NCBI GenBank assembly: GCA_965279035.1
Contig: OZ257142.1
Span: 672,001 to 736,000 of the forward strand
From: Bacteroidia bacterium
Lineage (GTDB): Bacteria > Bacteroidota > Bacteroidia > M30B66
DNA length: 64,000 bases
Direction of reading: 5' to 3'
Part shown: piece after piece, positions 16,388 through 24,154 of the stretch
Layout: every line of letters starts with the position of its first letter
Numbering within the stretch: the first letter of the stretch is position 1
Made by a program: the position numbers and the translations under genes
The notes under the pieces: model-generated
What the model was told of the DNA's origin: nothing
Database searches by the model: none
Seen by the model: the letters and a program-made list of their open reading frames with translations, nothing else

Positions 16388-19216
16388 ATGAAAAATATTA
16401 TTCGAGTTTTTGTCATTCTTCTTGCTGGATTTCAATTCGCAATAGGACAAAATCAAGTTAGCCCCAATCATCCTGATTATGATAGATTAAAGGCTGCAGG
16501 TTTAATTCATCCAGAACTGCAAAGTGGTATATTCAAATCGATTAATGGTGAGATAAAGTCGCTTAAACCCTTGAGCGAGATGACTCCGATCATCAATTAC
16601 GACTATTCTAAAAATAGAAGTAGTGACCGGGATGCTACTTGTAATTGCTTTCAACAAGTAGATAGTACATTTCAAATTGCTCCATTTACCAATGGTTCAG
16701 CTCCAGAATATCGTAATGATGACGGCTCAACAGCATTAATTCAACTTCCCTTTAGTTATTGCTTATATGGCGATTCCTATAATAGCTGTTTTATTAACAA
16801 TAATGGGAATGTTTCATTTAATCAAGCAGTAGGAACATTCTCTTCTGCGGCATTTCCAAATGCTTCTGTGATGGTTGCTCCTTTTTGGGCTGATGTGGAT
16901 ACACGTGGTGCCACAAGTGGATTGGTTCACTACAAAATTACCGAACATTATTTAGTTGTTATTTGGGATAATGTAGGTTATTACAACAGTCAAACGGATA
17001 AGAAAAATAGTTTCCAACTCATCATTTCCGATGGTACTGATCCGATTGTACCTTTTGGAAACAATACCGCCTTTTGTTACGGAGATATGCAATGGACAAC
17101 AGGTAGTGCTTCACAAGGCGTTGGTGGCTTTGGAGGATTTCCTGCGACATCGGGTGCCAATAGAGGAAATTCGATCAACTTCATACAATTTGGTCAATTT
17201 GGTCAAGCAGGAGGAACGTATCAAGGTCCCTTTGGAAATAATAGCGGAATTGATTGGTTAGACAATCGTTCATTCTTTTACAGCTCTTGTACAGATGGAA
17301 TTTCAACCAATGTTCCTCCTGTTTTAATTGCTTCAACTATTTGCGAAACAGCATATATCTGTGTTGGATCGCAAGTGAGTTTTGAATTAAGCTTTTTTGC
17401 TGTTGAGGAAGGACAGAATTGTACGATTGAAGTGAGCCCCGCTGATTTACCCGGACTTACGATTGTAAGCAACACCGTTGGTAATATTAGTACTATATCA
17501 GGCTATATTGATGCCTTGCCTGATAATATTGGTCCTCAGAGTTTGACGTTTACAGTAACCGACGATGGTGATCCTGCTGGAGTTACTCAACTCACTCTTC
17601 CCATTGCTGTTGTTGATAATAACTTTGTTCCAGAAATTACATCTATCCCTGATTCCATTTGCGAAGGCCAATGCGCTACATTATCGGTTGGACAGTTTGA
17701 TACATATCTCTGGTCAAATGGAGAAACTACACCTACAATACAAGCATGTAGTACAACAGAAGTTTATTCTTGTCATGTAACTATTGGCACATGTGCAGGA
17801 GATTCTGACCCTTATTCAGTTCCTTTAACATCCATACAAGCCCCAGTTATTACAGGTAATTCGTCGGTTTGTCAAGGTTTAACTACTACACTTACTTCTT
17901 CCTCTGGATTTGCTACATATAGCTGGTCAGGAGGATTGTTCGGGCAATCAATCAATGTAGGTCCAGGAACATATATTTTAACTGCAGCAAACAGTGGAGG
18001 ATGCTCTGCGCGAGATACGTTTATAGTCCAAGCTTCTCCTGGTCCGATTCCTATTATTGTTGCAAGTGATACGTCTATCTGTGTTGGACAAACAACACAA
18101 TTAGCTGTTCAAGATACTTTCATGAACTATTCATGGACAAATTCGGCGAGTATTGCCGATACAGCCATTGTAAGTGCAGGAGATTATGTTGTAACTGTTA
18201 CCGATTCTGCAGGTTGTATTGGTACAGGCTCCTTTACAGTTATCGAAACTCCTAATCCTGCACCAATCATTTCGGGAAACAATCATACTTGTTTTGATGA
18301 AGTAACACCGCTCACATGTACTCAAAATTATGCTCAATATCTTTGGTCTAGTACTTCAAACCAATCATTGATACTAGTAAATCAAGGGAACTATACCGTT
18401 ACTGTAACAGATAACAATGGCTGTTCAGGAACATCTGCTCCATTTGTAGTTACTAACTCAGCGCCTCAGGCACAGTTAACTGGTATTGCGGATTTTTGTG
18501 AAGGAGATAGTATTTTGATTGTTGCTGGAGGTAATTTTCCAGACTATTTGTGGTATACAACTCCTGATGGAACAATTTCTCCTGACACTTTGGGTAGTAA
18601 TGATAGCCTTTACTTCCATGGAGGTTTATTAACTCTCGAAATTCATGATGCTTTTGGATGCGAAGACACAATCAATGTAAATGCTCCATCTACTCCTCAC
18701 CCGCTTGCTTCATTTAGCCGAGATCCATCGAGTGATTTAGTTCATATCAACACTCCTATTCAATTTACGGATACATCTGTTCCCAATGTGAACGATCCAT
18801 TAACAAATTGGGACTGGAATTTTACTCCTCCATCACAAGATTTCACACAACAAAATCCACTTATTGCATTTCCCGATACGGGTGTTCAAACGGTAACGCT
18901 TATAGTAACTTCCGACTTAGGTTGTTCTGATACGGCATCATCAACTGTTTATATTGTAGACGATCCTTTTGTGCCGAATGCCATTTCACCTGATGGAGAT
19001 GGAATTAACGATTTCCTTAAAATACCATTCCTTAGTACGTACCCTAAAAATACCTTGGTAATCTTTAATCGATGGGGTAAAAAAGTATACGAAGTGACCG
19101 ACTATCTTAATAATTGGGATGGTGGTGATTTACCGGCTGGAACTTATTTTTATGTTGTTAGAGCTCCTGATTTAAAAGAAGAATTGAAAGGTTCTGTGAC
19201 CATTTTAAGAAAATAA
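16388..19216 (+). CDS. T9SS type B CTD protein with nidogen-like (NIDO) domain and Ig-like/PKD repeats
   Basis: NDDGST..I.LPF..CLYG..Y...FINNNGNVSF, VAPFWADVD, NSFQLII motifs; C-terminal VPNAISPDGDGIND...FNRWG...GTYFY. Confidence 0.88.
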   Translation: MKNIIRVFVILLAGFQFAIGQNQVSPNHPDYDRLKAAGLIHPELQSGIFKSINGEIKSLKPLSEMTPIINYDYSKNRSSDRDATCNCFQQVDSTFQIAPFTNGSAPEYRNDDGSTALIQLPFSYCLYGDSYNSCFINNNGNVSFNQAVGTFSSAAFPNASVMVAPFWADVDTRGATSGLVHYKITEHYLVVIWDNVGYYNSQTDKKNSFQLIISDGTDPIVPFGNNTAFCYGDMQWTTGSASQGVGGFGGFPATSGANRGNSINFIQFGQFGQAGGTYQGPFGNNSGIDWLDNRSFFYSSCTDGISTNVPPVLIASTICETAYICVGSQVSFELSFFAVEEGQNCTIEVSPADLPGLTIVSNTVGNISTISGYIDALPDNIGPQSLTFTVTDDGDPAGVTQLTLPIAVVDNNFVPEITSIPDSICEGQCATLSVGQFDTYLWSNGETTPTIQACSTTEVYSCHVTIGTCAGDSDPYSVPLTSIQAPVITGNSSVCQGLTTTLTSSSGFATYSWSGGLFGQSINVGPGTYILTAANSGGCSARDTFIVQASPGPIPIIVASDTSICVGQTTQLAVQDTFMNYSWTNSASIADTAIVSAGDYVVTVTDSAGCIGTGSFTVIETPNPAPIISGNNHTCFDEVTPLTCTQNYAQYLWSSTSNQSLILVNQGNYTVTVTDNNGCSGTSAPFVVTNSAPQAQLTGIADFCEGDSILIVAGGNFPDYLWYTTPDGTISPDTLGSNDSLYFHGGLLTLEIHDAFGCEDTINVNAPSTPHPLASFSRDPSSDLVHINTPIQFTDTSVPNVNDPLTNWDWNFTPPSQDFTQQNPLIAFPDTGVQTVTLIVTSDLGCSDTASSTVYIVDDPFVPNAISPDGDGINDFLKIPFLSTYPKNTLVIFNRWGKKVYEVTDYLNNWDGGDLPAGTYFYVVRAPDLKEELKGSVTILRK

Positions 19217-19232
19217 ATCATCTCATTATTAT

Positions 19233-19274
19233 TGAACGGCGATTCTTCTTTCTAGAAAAATCGCCGTTCTTTTT
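19233..19274 (+). terminator. intrinsic terminator
   Basis: GAACGGCGATT...AATCGCCGTTC followed by TTTTT. Confidence 0.75.
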
Positions 19275-19310
19275 ATGTTATCGTGTACATTTGACACCCA
19301 AACAGATATT

Positions 19311-20264
19311 GTGAAAGTTACCGAACACATCGAAAAAGCATCAGGGACACTTTTTTCATTTGAAGTACTTCCTTCGCTTAAAGGGCGTGATATCCAAGAT
19401 TTATACGATGGAATTGAGCCATTATTAGAGTTTAACCCCAGCTTTATTAATGTAACATATCATCGAGAAGAATTCATTTACAAAAAACTCACTAATGGAT
19501 TACATGAAAAAATACATGCACGGAAACGTCCAGGTACGGTGAGTATTTGTGCTGCAATCAAATACAAATATGGTATCGATACAGTGCCTCATCTGATCTG
19601 TGGAGGATTTACATGTGATGATACAGAATTAGCATTGCTCGACATGCACTATTTGGGAATGGACAATGTATTGGCTTTACGTGGCGATTCGGTGAAAGGT
19701 GATTCCCAATTTATTCCTGAAAAGAACGGACATGCCTATGCCTCTACCTTAGTTCGTCAAATTACCGAGATGAATAAAGGACATTATTTGGATGATGATA
19801 TTGTTGAAGGAATTCCTACTGATTTTTGTGTTGGAGTAGCAGGTTATCCTGAGAAACATTTTGAAGCTCAGAATTTGAAAACCGACTTGAAATATTTGAA
19901 AGAAAAAGTTGATGCCGGGGCGCATTATATTGTTACTCAAATGTTTTTCGATAACAAGAAATTTTTTGCATTCACAGATGCTTGTCGAAAAGCAGGAATC
20001 AATGTCCCAATTATACCCGGGATAAAGCCCATAACAACATTAAAACATGTTTCGTTTTTACCTAAAACATTTCACATCGACATGCCTGAAGCGCTTGCCG
20101 ATGAATTGGAAAAATGTAAAAACAATGAGCAAGTAATGCAGGTTGGAATTGAATGGGGAATTCAACAATCGAAAGAATTAATTGCTGCTGGTGTTCCTTG
20201 CATTCATTTTTATACAATGGGTAAATCGGAAGCTGTAAAAAGAATCGTAAAAGGAGCTTACTGA
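19311..20264 (+). CDS. metF: methylenetetrahydrofolate reductase
   Basis: FSFEVLP, ALRGD, VAGYPEKH, TQMFFD, IIPGIKP, HFYTM; probable GTG start 19311 downstream of TACATTTG (19286-19293). Confidence 0.93.
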   Translation: MKVTEHIEKASGTLFSFEVLPSLKGRDIQDLYDGIEPLLEFNPSFINVTYHREEFIYKKLTNGLHEKIHARKRPGTVSICAAIKYKYGIDTVPHLICGGFTCDDTELALLDMHYLGMDNVLALRGDSVKGDSQFIPEKNGHAYASTLVRQITEMNKGHYLDDDIVEGIPTDFCVGVAGYPEKHFEAQNLKTDLKYLKEKVDAGAHYIVTQMFFDNKKFFAFTDACRKAGINVPIIPGIKPITTLKHVSFLPKTFHIDMPEALADELEKCKNNEQVMQVGIEWGIQQSKELIAAGVPCIHFYTMGKSEAVKRIVKGAY

Positions 20265-21763
20265 GAATCAATTTGAAGCAGACTGCTATTGCCTTTTTGC
20301 AAGCCTAGCAAGAAAATAGTATTCCGATAATTTCTCCAATAAATAGAAGGTAGAAATGGCGTTTTGACGGGTGTAATGAGTTCTCTTAGTTGACCATTAC
20401 TTTCTATAACAATTGCAGTGAAATGACTCTTTACAGGATCACTCATTTCAAAATCGGTCTTCGAATTTTCGGTGTTGGATTTATTATAGAGAATTAAAAG
20501 TCTTTCAGAATTGTCAATAAAATAATCGAATGATAAATATGCTCCATCATCATCTTGAGTATGTTGCTGCTTCTCTATCGTTTGGTACCAATCAATTTCA
20601 CCGCGATCATTCATAGAAACAAGGAGGATTTTACCACTATAGTAATGCTTGTGGCAAATTTCAACACCTGTTCTATAGTCGTTCTCACAGATTTCTTTTT
20701 CATCTGTTTTTTCTGCAATTAGGATTAAACCACCTTTTTTGGATGGGATGCATTCTTTGATTTTAAATCCCGAGAAATCTTCTAATCCTGAGATTTTATT
20801 TTCTCCAACAAAAAGTCCTTTAAAATCAACGTCAAATCGATGAATCCCTTTATTCTCAACTAATCCTGTTTCACGATTAATTCTCAAATAGAATATACCA
20901 GAAACCTGATCACTTTGCTGAAAATTATCGCGCAAAATTCCTCCAACAAGTAATTTATCATCTTCACTTAATTGCACCTTCATTCCCGATACAACCTTAT
21001 CCGGAATGTCGAGTTGATATTCAATAGCCTCATCACTCATCACTGGAAAAGCAAAAAGAGAATACACACTTTCTGAGGTGTCGCTTCCTTTATGTCCTTT
21101 TAGCAGTAAATGCACATTGCCCGGTTGATCAACCAATAAATCACTTATCTGTGGATCTTTCCCTTGAAATGGTAAATAAGAACTGAATTGCTTTTGAAGG
21201 TTGAAATCTTTATCGTACAAACTCAAATGGACCTTCGGAATTCCTTGCTGCTCCGATTCATTCAAACTAATCACAGCCAATCGTTCTTGCCCTTCAATGC
21301 CTGCAATTTCAAAACGGTGATGATTGAAATCAAAATGACTTGTTTCACTTGATTGCAATGTTTTTCGAGGAAGCATTTCTCCTTTACTATTCACTGGAAT
21401 TACTTGCAATGTATTCGCTTTCCTTTGTTTGTCATATGAGGACCCAAACAAACAAAGTTGATTATTCCATACACGAATGTCTTCGGGGAAAAACTGTTGC
21501 CGATCTTGAAACAAACCTTCAAACTTCCATTCTCCTTTTTTTACAAGTGTTGTGGAGTCAATTAATTCTACAAGAATATCTTTAATGAATCCTGATCGTT
21601 GGTCTGCATTTGCTCTGATAACAGCAATATGTCCATCCACAAAACCAAGCAATTTTACAGGAGAAAATTCTTTAGAATTCCCGTATTCAAGACCTTGCTT
21701 AAATGTTTGTCCTTTCAAACAAATAGCAACATGTAAAAAGAATAGCAGCCCAATAAACCTCAT
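20258..21763 (-). CDS. hypothetical exported beta-rich protein
   Basis: Signal peptide LKG-Q, W...IEK.Q....D.G.Y.SF motif; start overlaps the rlmN stop (ATGA), 3' end overlaps metF by 7 nt. Confidence 0.75.
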   Translation of the reverse strand: MRFIGLLFFLHVAICLKGQTFKQGLEYGNSKEFSPVKLLGFVDGHIAVIRANADQRSGFIKDILVELIDSTTLVKKGEWKFEGLFQDRQQFFPEDIRVWNNQLCLFGSSYDKQRKANTLQVIPVNSKGEMLPRKTLQSSETSHFDFNHHRFEIAGIEGQERLAVISLNESEQQGIPKVHLSLYDKDFNLQKQFSSYLPFQGKDPQISDLLVDQPGNVHLLLKGHKGSDTSESVYSLFAFPVMSDEAIEYQLDIPDKVVSGMKVQLSEDDKLLVGGILRDNFQQSDQVSGIFYLRINRETGLVENKGIHRFDVDFKGLFVGENKISGLEDFSGFKIKECIPSKKGGLILIAEKTDEKEICENDYRTGVEICHKHYYSGKILLVSMNDRGEIDWYQTIEKQQHTQDDDGAYLSFDYFIDNSERLLILYNKSNTENSKTDFEMSDPVKSHFTAIVIESNGQLRELITPVKTPFLPSIYWRNYRNTIFLLGLQKGNSSLLQIDSQ

Positions 21764-22836
21764 GCATTCATTTTCTTCTGAACATTCAAGGCAGAATCAT
21801 TCTTATTAGCCAACTGGCCACATGCTGCATCAATATCACGACCTCTACTTCTTCGAACATTCACGATTACTCCTTTTTGTTCTAAGAAAGAAGTAAAACG
21901 ATTGAGCTGTTCATCACTCGCCCGTTGAAATTCACCATCATCTATTGGATTGTATTCTATGATGTTGACCTTCGAAGGCACTTTTTTCACTAAAGCAACT
22001 AGTTCGCGAGCATCATCCAAAGAATCATTGAAATCCTTAAATATGATGTATTCCAAGGTTGGACGTGTTCCTGTTTTATCGTAAAAATACTGTAAAGCTT
22101 CGGCCAAAGCTTCTAAGGTATTGGTATCGTTTATCGGCATTATTTTGCTGCGCTTCTCATCATTGGCAGCATGGAGCGATAAAGCAAGATTGAATTTTAC
22201 TTCATCATCACCCAATTTTCGAATCATCTTGGAAATTCCTGCAGTAGAAACCGTAATACGTTGAGGTGACATACCCAATCCATCGGGCGAAGTAATTTTT
22301 TCGATGCTTCCCAGAACATTCTTGTAATTGAGTAAGGGCTCACCCATACCCATGTATACGATATTCGAAAGTGGAATTTGATAATTCTCCTCACTTTGCC
22401 GACGAATAGCTACAACCTGATCATAAATTTCAGCTGCATCCAAATTTCGCATCAGCTTGAGCTTCCCTGTTGCACAAAACTTACAGGTTAAACTACATCC
22501 AATTTGAGATGAAATACAGGCTGTCATTCGGCTGCTTGTAGGAATTAAAACGCCTTCTACAACAGGACCGTCGTGTAATCGAAATGCAGTTTTTATTGTC
22601 CTGTCGGAACTCTTTTGCATACTGGCAACCGCAATTCCTTGAATGCAAAATGCACTTTCTAGTTTTGCCCGCAAATCCTTACTGAGGTTGGTCATTTCGG
22701 CAAATGAATGCACCGACTTTTGCCATAACCATTCGTAAACTTGTTTTGCACGAAATCGTTGCTGTCCTTGTTCTGTAAACCAGTTGAGGAGTTCATCGTA
22801 AGTCAGCGTTCGAATGTCGATGAGAGTTTGTGGCAT
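21760..22836 (-). CDS. rlmN: 23S rRNA (adenine(2503)-C2)-methyltransferase
   Basis: CISSQIGCSLTCKFC radical SAM motif, MGMGEPL, LALSLHA, DIDAACGQL; start set at ATG 22836 downstream of TATCTTTG. Confidence 0.95.
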   Translation of the reverse strand: MPQTLIDIRTLTYDELLNWFTEQGQQRFRAKQVYEWLWQKSVHSFAEMTNLSKDLRAKLESAFCIQGIAVASMQKSSDRTIKTAFRLHDGPVVEGVLIPTSSRMTACISSQIGCSLTCKFCATGKLKLMRNLDAAEIYDQVVAIRRQSEENYQIPLSNIVYMGMGEPLLNYKNVLGSIEKITSPDGLGMSPQRITVSTAGISKMIRKLGDDEVKFNLALSLHAANDEKRSKIMPINDTNTLEALAEALQYFYDKTGTRPTLEYIIFKDFNDSLDDARELVALVKKVPSKVNIIEYNPIDDGEFQRASDEQLNRFTSFLEQKGVIVNVRRSRGRDIDAACGQLANKNDSALNVQKKMNA

Positions 22837-22905
22837 TGCGCAAAGATACGAATGCAAACAGATAGCGGAGTATGGGAAAAGGACAATGCCTTGTACCTTT
22901 GTCCA
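22837..22905. promoter_or_regulatory. back-to-back housekeeping promoters
   Basis: TATCTTTG (minus, 22841-22848) lies 4 nt before the rlmN ATG; TACCTTTG (plus, 22894-22901) lies 4 nt before the amidohydrolase ATG. Confidence 0.7.
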
Positions 22906-24093
22906 ATGCGTCGAATCCTTGCCGATTGTATTTTCCCAATAAGTTCGGAACCCATAAAAAATGGAATTCTCCTAATCGATGATGAAGGGACAATTCTCGG
23001 ATTGTTATCTCCTGGAATGGAAGGATATGAAGAGCGTTTAGCTGAGAGATACGATGGTTGGCTGATCCCTGGAATGATCAATACCCATTGCCATCTCGAG
23101 TTATCTCACTTGTTTAAAGCAGTTCCCGAAAGAATAGGCTTGGATGGGTTTGTCGAAACGTTAATGAAGGTTCGTTCTGCATCTGAAGCCACGATCCAGA
23201 AAGCCATGCAGGAAGCCGATGCTTATATGTGGGAAAATGGAATAGTGGCTGTTGGTGATATCTCCAATTCATCTAGAAGTTTTTCGATAAAAGAAAATTC
23301 TAAAATTCAGTATCACACCTTTATTGAACGCTTTGGACTAGACGAATCTTTTGCTGAGAAAGCTTTTGATTCTGGAATTGACTTGCTGAATGAGTTGAAA
23401 AAAAACACACGGAATTCTCAAGGCAATCTAACGCCCCATGCTCCATATTCTGTTTCAAAAAAACTCTTGAAAAGTATCTGTGATCATATCGACCAAACGG
23501 ATGGCATTTTAAGCATACATAATCAGGAAACGGCGACTGAAGATGTGTTTTTCCAAACGGGAAATGGCTTGATGGCTGAGCGAATGCAACGCATGGGAAT
23601 TAACATGAGTAGCTTTCAGGTCTCTGGGAAATCTTCTCTTCAAACAATTCGATCTTCATTCCCTTCGGATAAAAAAATTCTTCTTGTTCATAATACATTT
23701 AGTTCGGAAGAAGATATCCAATTGGCTCAAGCAGAATTCAAAAAACTATTTTGGTGTTTATGTCCGGGTGCAAATCTTTATATCGAAAATCAACTTCCAC
23801 CTATCGAAATTCTCCGGAAAAATAATTGCCGAATTACCTTAGGAACAGATAGCCTTGCTTCGAATCATCAGCTCGATATTTTGTCCGAAATACGTTTAAT
23901 AAATTCTGCATTTCCTCAAATTTCGCTCAATGAATTATTTTCTTGGGCTACTTTAAATGGTGCAGAATTGCTCGGATTAGAAAGGAATTTAGGAAGTTTT
24001 CAGATTGGAAAAAAACCAGGAATTGTGCTCATTCAATTTGTTGATAAATTCAACGGATTAATTCTTCCGGAGAGTCGCGCAAGCTTCATTTGA
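22906..24093 (+). CDS. metal-dependent amidohydrolase (deaminase-like)
   Basis: PGMINTHCHLELS, PHAPYS, H..E, LGTDSLASN, GSF..GK.PG; start trimmed to MRRILAD. Confidence 0.85.
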   Translation: MRRILADCIFPISSEPIKNGILLIDDEGTILGLLSPGMEGYEERLAERYDGWLIPGMINTHCHLELSHLFKAVPERIGLDGFVETLMKVRSASEATIQKAMQEADAYMWENGIVAVGDISNSSRSFSIKENSKIQYHTFIERFGLDESFAEKAFDSGIDLLNELKKNTRNSQGNLTPHAPYSVSKKLLKSICDHIDQTDGILSIHNQETATEDVFFQTGNGLMAERMQRMGINMSSFQVSGKSSLQTIRSSFPSDKKILLVHNTFSSEEDIQLAQAEFKKLFWCLCPGANLYIENQLPPIEILRKNNCRITLGTDSLASNHQLDILSEIRLINSAFPQISLNELFSWATLNGAELLGLERNLGSFQIGKKPGIVLIQFVDKFNGLILPESRASFI

Positions 24094-24154
24094 ATCGCTA
24101 AAATTGTGGATTGTTCTCAGAAGGGTGTCATGCCGACACGTTTCTACAATCAAC

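Noticed and set aside
14296-19216. Diversity-generating retroelement or invertible cassette behind the paralogous C-termini
   Set aside because: Divergence is general rather than adenine-specific, and there is no reverse transcriptase, recombinase or inverted-repeat pair.
19217-19310. SAM riboswitch upstream of metF
   Set aside because: The hairpin is the upstream gene's terminator, and only about 17 nt separate the -7 box from the GTG start.
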